Shown piece by piece: positions 11,757-21,112 of a stretch of 64,000 nucleotides of DNA. The position numbers and the translations under genes were made by a program. The stretch is from the NCBI GenBank assembly GCA_025774245.1, contig JALGWI010000003.1, forward strand, positions 14,866 through 78,865, read 5' to 3'. The notes under the pieces were generated by a model, which was not told the DNA's origin, searched no databases, and saw nothing but the letters and a program-made list of their open reading frames with translations. The DNA comes from a bacterium. GTDB taxonomy: Bacteria; Joyebacterota; Joyebacteria; Joyebacterales; Joyebacteraceae. Within the stretch, counting starts at the first letter, position 1. Each line of letters begins with the position of its first letter.

Positions 11757-11795
11757 TCGCACGGTGCGAGGCGAGGCCCGTTTCGCACCGTGCGA
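11757..11795. promoter_or_regulatory. Pair of palindromes, candidate enhancer (UAS) for a sigma54 activator
   Basis: TCGCAC-N-GTGCGA at 11757-11769 and 11783-11795, about 95-130 bp upstream of a -24/-12 promoter. Confidence 0.55.
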
Positions 11796-11889
11796 CACGG
11801 GGCGTCGCGCGCCCCACCGGGCAGCGTATCCGTAACATACCAACATACAATGCGTTACGGATGCTCGACTTCGCGGTTGCATTTGTGAT

Positions 11890-11905
11890 TGGCACGTCAA
11901 TTGCA
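11890..11905 (+). promoter_or_regulatory. sigma54 (-24/-12) promoter
   Basis: TGGCACGTCAATTGCA, an exact match to TGGCACG-N4-TTGCW, upstream of CDS 12096. Confidence 0.8.
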
Positions 11906-12095
11906 CGATTTGATGTGGGGATCCCCCGGAACAGGCTCTGGGGAGGGCTCGCGATTGGGAAGGAGGTGAGGCCGGAACGGAGTACGCCGGGCGGGATCGC
12001 CAGTCCGGCGCGTTCGCATTCGCGGTCGTGGGAGCGCGATCTCCCGCCCGCGGATTCGCCGGGGGCCATAGTGAGCGCCAAAGGAGTGAGGCACG

Positions 12096-13319
12096 ATGAA
12101 GAACCTGCTATCGATTGCTGTCGTCCTGATCGCTGTGTTCGCAGTCGCGACGTGCAGCTTCGCGAAGAAGACCGAAGCGACGTGCGCCAAGACGGTGGCC
12201 GTGAACGAGGGACGCAGCCCGGTCATCCTCTTCTTCGACGACATGGAGAGCGGGACGAACGGATGGACGAGCTTCGACAACACTGCTACGACGACACCCA
12301 AGTTCCATCTCGACACGTACTACGCATACGAGCGGACGTACTCGTGGTGGTGCGGCGAGCTGAACGCGGCCTTTTCGGGTGGTGACGGCTACGCCAACGG
12401 TTGGGACATGCGGCTCGACATCCCGCCGACCGACGTGAGCGGCGCAACGTACCCGATCCTGACCTACGCTCTTCGTTACGACTCGGAGCCCGGGTACGAC
12501 TACACCTACGTCCAGGCGGAGAGCCTCGGCGTGTTCCGGAATCTGAACCGCGGCTACAACGGAACGAGCGGCGGCTGGCAGGATCTTGGCGCCTACGGAT
12601 TCGCCATTGGGAACTACGACAATCCGTTCGTCGGCCGCTTCCGCTTCATCTCGGACGGCGCGTGGTCGGACGCCGACGGACTCTACGACACCGACGGCGG
12701 CGCGTTCCACATCGACAACGTCAAGCTCTTCGATTTCTACGGCGGCATGACCTACTTCCTCGACGATGGCGAGGGCGGCGGCCTCTGCGTGCCCTCCGTT
12801 CCGGCATCGGCCGGCGACTGGTGGCACATCATCGACAGGGCTTGCCCGGCGTACAGCGCCCCGCACTCGTGGTGGTGCGGCGACGACGCCGACACGGGCC
12901 TCATCCCGCCGAACCTGAGCAACGCCCTCTACTCCCCCGTCATCAACACGGTCGGGGTCTCCATCTGCACCATGCGGATGATGCTGCATGCCGAGGTGCC
13001 CACGGTCGACAACGACTACTGGACCGAGGAGGTCACGACCGACGGGGGCTCGAACTGGCAGCTCACGGGAGCCTGGTGGGGCGACTTCGGGCAGTGCGAC
13101 GGTTGGGGCACGTCCGGCATCAACGGCACCGACCTCTCACAGTATCTGCCGGGCAACTCGTTCCAGTTCCGCCTGACCTTCTTCACGACCGACAACGGGT
13201 GTGGTCCGGGCGCCGCCGGTGGCGCCGGCATCACGCTGGACGACTTCTGGGTCGAGGACTGGACGGGAACGGCCGTCGAGGAGACGACCTGGGGCAAGTT
13301 GAAGGCCCTCTACCGGTAG
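12096..13319 (+). CDS. Secreted protein with two tandem beta-sandwich domains (immune inhibitor A/MAM/cleaved-adhesin-like) and a C-terminal TWGxxKxLYR motif
   Basis: Signal peptide MKNLLSIAVVLIAVFAVATCSFA; repeated F.DD.E.G...H...AY...SWWCG blocks; RYDSE..YDY and FRF.SD/FRL.F.TD; RBS aaggag. Confidence 0.75.
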   Translation: MKNLLSIAVVLIAVFAVATCSFAKKTEATCAKTVAVNEGRSPVILFFDDMESGTNGWTSFDNTATTTPKFHLDTYYAYERTYSWWCGELNAAFSGGDGYANGWDMRLDIPPTDVSGATYPILTYALRYDSEPGYDYTYVQAESLGVFRNLNRGYNGTSGGWQDLGAYGFAIGNYDNPFVGRFRFISDGAWSDADGLYDTDGGAFHIDNVKLFDFYGGMTYFLDDGEGGGLCVPSVPASAGDWWHIIDRACPAYSAPHSWWCGDDADTGLIPPNLSNALYSPVINTVGVSICTMRMMLHAEVPTVDNDYWTEEVTTDGGSNWQLTGAWWGDFGQCDGWGTSGINGTDLSQYLPGNSFQFRLTFFTTDNGCGPGAAGGAGITLDDFWVEDWTGTAVEETTWGKLKALYR

Positions 13320-13364
13320 TCCGGGAACGACTGGGATCGCGTCGAGGCGTCGGCGCGACAAACA

Positions 13365-13400
13365 GCGCGAGGGGCAGCGGACGATCCGCGGCCCCTCGCG
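13365..13400. terminator. GC-rich hairpin between convergent genes
   Basis: cgcgaggggc-agcgga-cga-tccgc-ggcccctcgcg. Confidence 0.55.
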
Positions 13401-13482
13401 TGCTATTGCAGACGAGCCATCGCAGGCGCGTCGTCGTCGGGCTGTCCTCCTCGCGCATCCGTCGCCACGCCCTCCCCCGTGA

Positions 13483-14796
13483 CTACAGGTAGCGGAGAGC
13501 GATGTAGCCGGTCGTGATGGCGAGGCAGATTGCGGTGATGGGTACGCCTATCCTCGCGTAGCCCGCGAACGTCAGGGGCTCTCGTCCTTGCCTCGAGAGA
13601 CCGACGACGGCCATGTTCGCGGCGGCGCCGACGACCGTCGCGTTCCCACCGAGGCACGCTCCGGCGGCGAGAGCCCACCAGAACGCGTAGGAGATCCCGG
13701 GATCGCCCGCCTGGGCGAAGTGGTTCACCAGAACCTGGACGAGCGGGATCAGCACCGTCACGGTCGGCACGGCCGAGATGAGCGCGGCGAGCGCCGCGGT
13801 CCCCCACAGGAGGAGCAGGATGAGGACGGCCGGGTTCTCCGAAAGCGACAGGAAGCCGTGGGCGAGGAACTCCACGACGCCGACCTTCTCGAGGCCGCCG
13901 ACGAGCACGAAGAGGCCGATGAAGAAGAAGAGCACACCCCACTCGACGTCGGCGAGAAGCTCCTCCGGATCGGCCCGCGTGACAATGAGGAGGAGCGCCG
14001 CCCCGGCGAGCGCCACGGTGGCGGGTGCGAGACCCAGCTCGTGGTGGAAGAGGAACCCGACGAGAACCAGGCCGATCACGAGGATGCTCCGTTTGAGGAG
14101 CCCGGGATCCCTGATAGCCTGTGCGGGGTCCATCGACGCGAGCGATTTCATCTTCGCGTCCTCGGGGGGCGCAAGGAAGCTCCCCCTCGTCCAGACGCGC
14201 AGGTAGACGAGGCTCACGACGAGGCAGATCGCCGCGAGCGGGCCCAGGTTCGTCAGGAAGTCGACGAAGCTCAGACCGCCACCGTCCGGCGGGATGATCG
14301 CGCGGCTCCCAACGAGGATATTGGGCGGATCGCCGATCATGGTTGCCATCCCGCCGATGTTCGCGCTCACGATCTCCATGACGAGGAACGGCAGGGCGCT
14401 CTTCCCCAGGAGGTCGGAGACGAGGAACACGACTGGCACGATCATGAGGACGGTCGTCACGTTGTCGATGAGGGCCGAGGCAAAGGCGGTGATCGCCGCG
14501 AAGCCGGCGAAGATGAGGAACATGCGCCCTCGGCCCTGCTTGGCGACCTTGAGCGCGAGGAAGCGGAACACGCCGGTCCGTTTGAGGACCGCCACGATCA
14601 GCATCATCCCGACGAGGAGGCCGATCGTGTTGAAGTCGACGAAGCCGACGGCCTCTTCCTGGGACAGAGAAAGCCCCGGCAGGAGCAACAACGCAAGAGC
14701 TCCCGCCAGGGCGATCGTGGTTCGGTGAAGTCGCTCGGTGACGATGAAGAAGTAGGTGATCAGGAAGACCGCCGTCACCGCGACGACCGGGTACAT
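13483..14796 (-). CDS. ArsB/NhaD/SLC13 (ion transporter superfamily) permease
   Basis: Multiple TM helices; SALIDNVTTVL, SANIGGMATMIGDPPNI, GACLGGNAT..GAAAN. Confidence 0.88.
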   Translation of the reverse strand: MYPVVAVTAVFLITYFFIVTERLHRTTIALAGALALLLLPGLSLSQEEAVGFVDFNTIGLLVGMMLIVAVLKRTGVFRFLALKVAKQGRGRMFLIFAGFAAITAFASALIDNVTTVLMIVPVVFLVSDLLGKSALPFLVMEIVSANIGGMATMIGDPPNILVGSRAIIPPDGGGLSFVDFLTNLGPLAAICLVVSLVYLRVWTRGSFLAPPEDAKMKSLASMDPAQAIRDPGLLKRSILVIGLVLVGFLFHHELGLAPATVALAGAALLLIVTRADPEELLADVEWGVLFFFIGLFVLVGGLEKVGVVEFLAHGFLSLSENPAVLILLLLWGTAALAALISAVPTVTVLIPLVQVLVNHFAQAGDPGISYAFWWALAAGACLGGNATVVGAAANMAVVGLSRQGREPLTFAGYARIGVPITAICLAITTGYIALRYL

Positions 14797-14823
14797 TCTC
14801 CGAAGGCCTTTCTGCCTGCTACA

Positions 14824-15993
14824 CTACTCAGGCGAGAGGACGTCCGACTCGTCGAACGGGGGACTCGCCTCTCCCATGTTCTCGATCATCCACTGGGCCG
14901 AGTCGACCAGCTCCGAATCGGGGTATTCCGACAGCACGCGCTCGAAGGCGTTTCTGGCGGGCCCGTAGTTGTTGAGCTCCTCCGCGTGGATGAACCCGAT
15001 CATGAACTGCGCCTCGGCGGCGTGGTCTCCCTCCGGGTAGTTGAAGACGAGCTCCGTGTAGTAGTTCAGACGGTCGAGGGGATCGTCGGTCTCCTGGGCG
15101 AGCGTGAAGAGCTCTTCCTCGGTCCGGGGTTGGCTACGGAACGCCTTCTCGTTGATCTCGGCGCCGTGCCGCTCCTTCAGCTGTGCCAGAGTCTCCTGGT
15201 AGTACTCCCTCACCTTGGTCGGCTTCAGGCTCTGGACGATCTGGTCCCGCACGTCATCGAGGGGCTTCTTGCCGGCTTCGATCTTCTCCTCGATCCGGAC
15301 GATGTGCCAGCCCTTCTCCGACCTCAGGGGCTCCGTCACCTCCCCGACCTTCCACGCGAACAGCTCGTCGATGAAGTCCGCGTCGATTCCGACGTTCGGC
15401 AGCTCGTCGCCCAGGTGGAGCGACCGCATCAGCCCCCCGGCCTGCTTCGTCGACGCGTCTGTAGACACCTCGCGCGCGACCGAGGCGAAGTCCTCGCCCG
15501 CGAGCACCCGTCGCCGGGCCTCCGCCGCCTGCCCGCGCGTGTTCGTCATGATGTGCCTGAACTTGATCCGCGCGCGCCGCTGGAACTGCTCGTCGTGCTC
15601 ATCGTAGTACGCCTCGACGTCCGTCTCGGGTACGTCGACGACCGCCTCGATCTCATCCCGGTAGAACGCCTGGATCATCGCGCGACGCTTCATCTGCTCC
15701 AGGTTCTTCACGACCTCCGCGTCCTTGTCGTAGCCGGCTCGCTCCGCGGCCTGGTAGAGGACCTCCTCCTCGATGAGGCGCTCGAGGAAATCGATCGTCC
15801 CCTCGGGGCCCTGGAACTGCTGCCGGGTGAACGGCGGGAGCTCCGCGAGCTTCTGCTTGAGCTCGGTCTCCGTGATGTTCACGCGCCCTACCCTGGCAAC
15901 GACCTGCTCTCCCTGATCGCCGCCGCATCCGGACAGGAGGGCGGTCGTCACGCAGAGGGAGATCAGGAGAAGCGCGTAGACGAATCTCTGCAT
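14824..15993 (-). CDS. Parvulin-type peptidyl-prolyl isomerase lipoprotein (PrsA/SurA-like) with C-terminal TPR-like domain
   Basis: Lipobox LLSGC; FRHIM...FASVAREVSTD...GG...GWHIVR rotamase motifs; C-terminal YP....AEAQFMIGFI...F..V...YPDS. Confidence 0.82.
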   Translation of the reverse strand: MQRFVYALLLISLCVTTALLSGCGGDQGEQVVARVGRVNITETELKQKLAELPPFTRQQFQGPEGTIDFLERLIEEEVLYQAAERAGYDKDAEVVKNLEQMKRRAMIQAFYRDEIEAVVDVPETDVEAYYDEHDEQFQRRARIKFRHIMTNTRGQAAEARRRVLAGEDFASVAREVSTDASTKQAGGLMRSLHLGDELPNVGIDADFIDELFAWKVGEVTEPLRSEKGWHIVRIEEKIEAGKKPLDDVRDQIVQSLKPTKVREYYQETLAQLKERHGAEINEKAFRSQPRTEEELFTLAQETDDPLDRLNYYTELVFNYPEGDHAAEAQFMIGFIHAEELNNYGPARNAFERVLSEYPDSELVDSAQWMIENMGEASPPFDESDVLSPE

Positions 15994-16083
15994 ATGTTCC
16001 TCCCGAGTCTCAGTCGATCGAGTCTCGGCCGACGACCAGAGCGCCGTCACGGGGACGGCGGCCCGCCGGCCGCGATGCTCGAC

Positions 16084-16527
16084 CTACTCCCTGATGACCC
16101 ACACCTTGATTTCCGCGAACACGTCCTTGAACAGCTCGATCTTCACGGGGTAGACCCCGAGCATCTTGATCGGCTCTTCCAGCTTGATCACGTGCTCGTC
16201 GACCTCGACGGCCTGGTCCGCAAGAGCCGCGACGATGTCGCGCTCGTGAACGGCACCGTAGAGCTTGTCGCTCTCGTCCGCCTGAACGCGCACGGTACAC
16301 GAGACCGCGTTGAGCTTCTCGGCCATCTCCTCGGCGGCGCTCTTGTCCTTCCTGAACCGCGTCTCCTCGAGCTTGATCTTCCCCTGGAGGCGAGCGAGGT
16401 TCCCCGCGTTCGCAGGCAGCGCCTTACCGCTGGGGATGAGGAAGTTCCTTCCGTAGCCGTCCTTCACCGTCACGACGTCGCCCTGGGAGCCGAGACGCTG
16501 TACGTCCTCTGTCAGAATCAGTTTCAT
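16084..16527 (-). CDS. rplI: 50S ribosomal protein L9
   Basis: MKLIL.EDV..LG..GDVV.VKDGYGRNFLIP. Confidence 0.97.
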   Translation of the reverse strand: MKLILTEDVQRLGSQGDVVTVKDGYGRNFLIPSGKALPANAGNLARLQGKIKLEETRFRKDKSAAEEMAEKLNAVSCTVRVQADESDKLYGAVHERDIVAALADQAVEVDEHVIKLEEPIKMLGVYPVKIELFKDVFAEIKVWVIRE

Positions 16528-16560
16528 CGTGCTTCCCCCTGATGCCGTGGGTCCGTGACC

Positions 16561-16797
16561 CTACCCGTGCCTGTGGTGTCTGCCGACGTACGGCATGAGG
16601 GCGATCTGTCTGGCGCGCTTGATCGCGGTGGCCAGCTGTCGCTGGTGCCGCGCGCACGTCCCCGTCACTCTCCGCGGGATGATCTTGCCGTGCTCGGTGA
16701 CGAAGCGCAGAAGGCGCTTCTCGTCCTTGTAATCGAGCTTCACGATCTTGTCCTGGCAGAATCGGCAGAACTTCCCGTGTCGTTCCCTTCTCGCCAT
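16561..16797 (-). CDS. rpsR: 30S ribosomal protein S18 (Zn-binding C+ form)
   Basis: CRFC...[33 protein letters not shown]. Confidence 0.97.
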   Translation of the reverse strand: MARRERHGKFCRFCQDKIVKLDYKDEKRLLRFVTEHGKIIPRRVTGTCARHQRQLATAIKRARQIALMPYVGRHHRHG

Positions 16798-16837
16798 GAG
16801 TGCCTCCGTAGGTGGTGGATTCCTCGCCAGAGGCGAG

Positions 16838-17128
16838 CTACTCTTCCAGGTTGATGCTCATGTGCCTCAGGATGTTCTCGTTGAGGCGATAGACCTGGCC
16901 GAGCCTCTCGATCGAAGCCGGATCAGTCTCGTACTTGAGAAAGGCGTAGTAGCCGTCGGTCTGCCCCTTGATCTCGTAGGCGAGTCGACGTCTGCCCCAC
17001 TGATTCCACTCCTGGATCGCGCCACCCTCTTTGGCGATGAGCTCCTCGATCTTGGCGATCTCACGCGCGAGCCCGTCCTCGTCGAGAGCGCTGCTGAAGA
17101 TGAACGTTGCCTCGTACGCTCTTCCCAT
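16838..17128 (-). CDS. rpsF: 30S ribosomal protein S6
   Basis: [22 protein letters not shown]. Confidence 0.95.
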   Translation of the reverse strand: MGRAYEATFIFSSALDEDGLAREIAKIEELIAKEGGAIQEWNQWGRRRLAYEIKGQTDGYYAFLKYETDPASIERLGQVYRLNENILRHMSINLEE

Positions 17129-17321
17129 CTGTTGAAGCCCTCCTCTCGGTCTTCACATCGCGACCCCGCCACGTGGACGGAGTGAGGAGACCCCGCCTTG
17201 AGGCGCCGCTTTTGCGGCCGACCTCCCGGCGAGACGTACCTCCAATCCGCACTAACATTCCCGGACTCTACCGGGGCCGGGTTCCCCACGCCTGTTCCGT
17301 TTCACGGCGCTTCGCGCGCCT

Positions 17322-18416
17322 CTAGTGGAAGTGCACGAGGATGACGTCGCCGTCGACGACGACGTTGTCGCGCCCCTCCGTTCTGACGTGGCCCTTCTCG
17401 CGAGCGCCGTGCATTGAACCGCCGTCGACGAGATCGTCGAACGACACGACCTCCGCCTTGATGAAGCCCTTCTCCATGTCGGAGTGGATCGTGCCGGCCG
17501 CCGTGACGACCGACGTCCCCTCCCGGACCGTCCATGCCCTGACCTCGGTGCCCTTGATCGTGAAGAACGTCACGAGGCCCAGCAGCCGGTACCCGGTCCT
17601 GACGAGTCGCATGAGCCCCGGTTCTTCGAGTCCGAGGCCGGTCAGGAAGTCGGCGCGCTCGTCTGCGGCAAGGCCGACGAGCTCCGACTCGAGCGACGCG
17701 GCGAGCGGCAGTACCTTCCAGGGCGGCTCACCGGTAGCGGCCGCGATCCGCTCGACCCACTGCTTCTCTCCGTCGCCGACGTCGGTCTCGGAGATGTTCG
17801 CGACGAAGAGCACGTCCTTCGCGGTCAGGAAGCAGTACTCCGCGAGCTCCCGCTTCTCCGTTTCGGAGAACTCGAGCCGGCGGATCGGCGTCCCGGCGTC
17901 GAGCGCTTCCCTGGCGCGCTCGAGAGCGGTGACGGCGGGTTCCGCCTCCTTGTCTCCCCTTGAGAGGTCCTTCCTCTTCTTCTCGAGGTTCCTGTCGACC
18001 GTCGCGAGATCGGCGAGCAGGAGCTCCGTCTCGATGATCCCGATGTCGCGCTCCGGGTCGATCGGCCCCTCGACGTGGCCCACGGAGGGGTCCTCGAAGC
18101 AGCGAACAACCTCCACGACGGCGTCCACGTCCCTGATGTTCGCGAGGAACTTGTTCCCCAGGCCCTCTCCGTGGCTCGCGCCCCTCACGAGGCCGGCGAT
18201 GTCCACGAACCGGATCGTCGTCGACGTCAGCTTCTCGGGCTCGAGGAGCCCGCCCAGACGGACGAGCCTCTCGTCAGGCACCGGGACCACGCCGACGTTG
18301 GCGTCCACCGTGCAGAACGCGTAGTTGCTGCACGGAACGCTCGTCCCGGCCAGGCCGTTGAAGAGCGTGGACTTCCCGACGTTCGGGAGTCCGATGATGC
18401 CGAGGTCGAGCGACAC
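17322..18416 (-). CDS. ychF: Redox-regulated ATPase YchF
   Basis: GLPNVGKSTLFN, FVDIAGLV.GA..GEGLGNKFL.NIR, C-terminal TGS domain GFIKAEV. Confidence 0.96.
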   Translation of the reverse strand: MSLDLGIIGLPNVGKSTLFNGLAGTSVPCSNYAFCTVDANVGVVPVPDERLVRLGGLLEPEKLTSTTIRFVDIAGLVRGASHGEGLGNKFLANIRDVDAVVEVVRCFEDPSVGHVEGPIDPERDIGIIETELLLADLATVDRNLEKKRKDLSRGDKEAEPAVTALERAREALDAGTPIRRLEFSETEKRELAEYCFLTAKDVLFVANISETDVGDGEKQWVERIAAATGEPPWKVLPLAASLESELVGLAADERADFLTGLGLEEPGLMRLVRTGYRLLGLVTFFTIKGTEVRAWTVREGTSVVTAAGTIHSDMEKGFIKAEVVSFDDLVDGGSMHGAREKGHVRTEGRDNVVVDGDVILVHFH

Positions 18417-18473
18417 GATCGCTCCCCAAGCTCCTTCGGCCCCTCGCCTCCCCGGCCACGCCTGCGGGCCAAT

Positions 18474-20513
18474 CTAACCGCGCACGAAGAGCGGGGCCAG
18501 TACGAGCGCGATGACCGACATGAGCTTGATCAGGATGTTGATCGAAGGCCCCACCGTGTCCTTCAGGGGGTCGCCGACGGTGTCCCCGACGACGGCTGCC
18601 TTGTGCGCAAGGGAGCCCTTGCCGCCGAAGTGGCCCTCCTCGATGTACTTCTTGGCGTTGTCCATCGCGCCGCCGGAGTTCGCCGTCTGGATTCCGAGCA
18701 CGACACCGGTGACGACGGCGCCGATCAGCAGCCCGGCGAGCGCCTTCTCGTCGTAGAGGCCGACGATCACGGGCGCGAGGATCGCCAGGATGCCCGGACG
18801 GACCATGCCTGCGATCGCGCCCCGCGTGCTGATGTCGATGCAGGTCGTCGAGTCGGGCATGACCTCGCCCTTGAGGAGGCCGGGTATCTCACGGAACTGA
18901 CGCCGCACCTCGTCGATCATCTTGAACGCCACCTTGGACACGGCGCCGAAGAGCATCGAAGAGAAGAAGAACGGGAGCATCCCGCCCACCAGGAGGCCCG
19001 CCATGACCTTGGGGTCGGTGAGGTCCGCCATTTCGATCCTGGCCGAGGCCATGTAGGCGGCGAGGAGCCCGATCGCCGCAAAGGCCGCCGAGCCGATCGC
19101 GAAGCCCTTGCCGATCGCCGCCGTGGTGTTCCCGACGGCGTCGAGGTTGTCGGTGATCTTGCGGACTTCGGGATCGAGCCCGGCCATCTCCGCGATGCCG
19201 CCGGCGTTGTCGGCCACCGGCCCGTAGGAGTCGACGGCCACGACGATCCCGGTCGTCGCGAGCATGCCGAAGGCCGCCATCGCGACTCCGTACATCCCCG
19301 CGAACTGGTGCGCCAGGATGATCGAGACTCCGAGCGCGAGCACCGGCACGGCCGTGCTCGCCATGCCGACGGCCGTCCCCGACGTCACGGTGATCGCGGG
19401 ACCGGTCTGGGAGGCCTCCGCAAGCTGCTTGACGGGAGAGAACTTGCTCGACGTGAAGTACTCGCACACGAAGCCGATGATGACACCCGACGCGATTCCT
19501 GCGAGCGTCGCGTAGAACGGACCCATCACGCCATACGTCGTCCCGCCGATCGCGAACGTCGTCCCGAAGTTCCGGACGATGATGTAACTCGCGATCGCCG
19601 TGAGGGCGGCGGCAACGTACGTTCCTCCCATGAGCGCTGCCTGGGGGCTCCGCCTCCCCACGATCCTTACGAAGATGACCCCGATGATGGAGGCGATGAG
19701 CCCCGCCGACGCGATGTAGAGGGGAAGCGTCATGAGGCTCTGCGCGCCGGCCGTGCCGAAGCCCAGGAGGGCCGCGGCGAGCGCCATGCTGGCGATGATC
19801 GACTCGACGTACGACTCGAGGAGGTCGGCGCCGAGACCGGCGACGTCTCCCACGTTGTCGCCGACGTTGTCGGCGATCACCGCGGGGTTCCTCGGGTCGT
19901 CCTCCGGGATGTCGGCCTCGATCTTCCCGACGAGGTCCGCTGCCATGTCGGCGCCCTTCGTGAAGAGCCCTCCGCCCGACCGGGCGAAGAGCGCGACGAG
20001 GCTCGCTCCCATGGCATACCCGTTCACGATGACGGGCTCCCGGAAGATCAGGTAGACGATCGCCAGGCCGATGAGCGCGAGGCTCGCGACGCTGATGCCC
20101 ATGACGGCGCCTGCCGACACGGCCACCCCGAGCGCGCCCTTCACTCCGCCGTCGACCGCGGCCTGCGTCGTCCTCGAGTTCGCCTTGGTCGCGATGCTCA
20201 TGCCGACGTAGCCGGCGATCGCGGAGACGATCGCTCCCAGGACGAAGACGACCGAGGTCCTCCAGCCGAGCGGCAGGTCGGGTCTCCCGGTGAGGATCGG
20301 CGCCAGGGCGATGACGATCGCCACCGCGGCGACGACGATCGAGACCGTCATGTACTCACGCTTCAGGAAGGCCTTCGCACCGCTCTGGATGGCCAGCGAG
20401 ATGCGGACCATGGTCTCGTTCCCGGGGTTCTTCCGCAGGACGTCGATCACGAGGATCACGACGAAAACGAGTCCGACGACGCCGGCGACGAGCGGAGTGA
20501 CAACCTCGCTCAT
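18474..20513 (-). CDS. hppA: Membrane-bound ion-translocating pyrophosphatase, K+-dependent type
   Basis: GGLFTKGADMAADLVGKIEADIPEDDPRNPAVIADNVGDNVGD; GNTTAA (Ala at the K+-dependence site); GDTVGDPLKD. Confidence 0.96.
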   Translation of the reverse strand: MSEVVTPLVAGVVGLVFVVILVIDVLRKNPGNETMVRISLAIQSGAKAFLKREYMTVSIVVAAVAIVIALAPILTGRPDLPLGWRTSVVFVLGAIVSAIAGYVGMSIATKANSRTTQAAVDGGVKGALGVAVSAGAVMGISVASLALIGLAIVYLIFREPVIVNGYAMGASLVALFARSGGGLFTKGADMAADLVGKIEADIPEDDPRNPAVIADNVGDNVGDVAGLGADLLESYVESIIASMALAAALLGFGTAGAQSLMTLPLYIASAGLIASIIGVIFVRIVGRRSPQAALMGGTYVAAALTAIASYIIVRNFGTTFAIGGTTYGVMGPFYATLAGIASGVIIGFVCEYFTSSKFSPVKQLAEASQTGPAITVTSGTAVGMASTAVPVLALGVSIILAHQFAGMYGVAMAAFGMLATTGIVVAVDSYGPVADNAGGIAEMAGLDPEVRKITDNLDAVGNTTAAIGKGFAIGSAAFAAIGLLAAYMASARIEMADLTDPKVMAGLLVGGMLPFFFSSMLFGAVSKVAFKMIDEVRRQFREIPGLLKGEVMPDSTTCIDISTRGAIAGMVRPGILAILAPVIVGLYDEKALAGLLIGAVVTGVVLGIQTANSGGAMDNAKKYIEEGHFGGKGSLAHKAAVVGDTVGDPLKDTVGPSINILIKLMSVIALVLAPLFVRG

Positions 20514-21112
20514 TGTGCCTCCTCAGGATCGGCCGGCCCGCTCGGGGCCGTCCTGCGGTTAACGATGCTCATGGTCCTGTCCATTCCCTCACGAAGCGTG
20601 CTGTCGACGGCGCGGACGGCGTCAACGATCATCCTCTCGACCCAGGGCAGCTCGTCGTCGCGGAACCGGTCGAGCACGTAGTCGACCCTGTCGACGCCGT
20701 CGGGCGGCTCCCCGACCCCGAGCCTCAGGCGCGGGAAGTCCTCCGTTCCGAGGATCCCGATGATCGACGTGAGCCCGTTGTGACCGCCGTCGCTGCCCGA
20801 GCGCCTGAGCCTGAGTTGTCCAGGCTCGAGGTGGACGTCGTCGCAGATCACCAGGAGGTCGGAGGGTTCGCAGGCTGTCTCCCGGAGCACGGCGGCGACC
20901 GCGTGGCCGCTGTCGTTCATGTACGTCAGAGGCATCACGAGCCGGACCGGCCGATCCGCGATCCTCCCCACCCCGTTCACAAAGTCGCCCCGGCCGGCCC
21001 CGAGCCTGATTCCAGACTCCTGCGCCAGCCGGGCGACGACCTCGAACCCTGCGTTGTGTCGGGAGCCCTCGTATTTCCTTCCGGGGTTCCCGAGTCCGAC
21101 GACGGTCTTCAC
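20510..21112 (-). CDS. pth: Peptidyl-tRNA hydrolase
   Basis: VGLGNPG..Y..SRHNAG, P.TYMN.SG, GGHNGL. Confidence 0.96.
   Translation of the reverse strand: MKTVVGLGNPGRKYEGSRHNAGFEVVARLAQESGIRLGAGRGDFVNGVGRIADRPVRLVMPLTYMNDSGHAVAAVLRETACEPSDLLVICDDVHLEPGQLRLRRSGSDGGHNGLTSIIGILGTEDFPRLRLGVGEPPDGVDRVDYVLDRFRDDELPWVERMIVDAVRAVDSTLREGMDRTMSIVNRRTAPSGPADPEEAQ

Noticed and set aside
11415-12095. tRNA-Sec or other ncRNA in the long selA upstream region
   Set aside because: No cloverleaf with a TCA anticodon found; the region is explained by divergent promoters and enhancer-like sites
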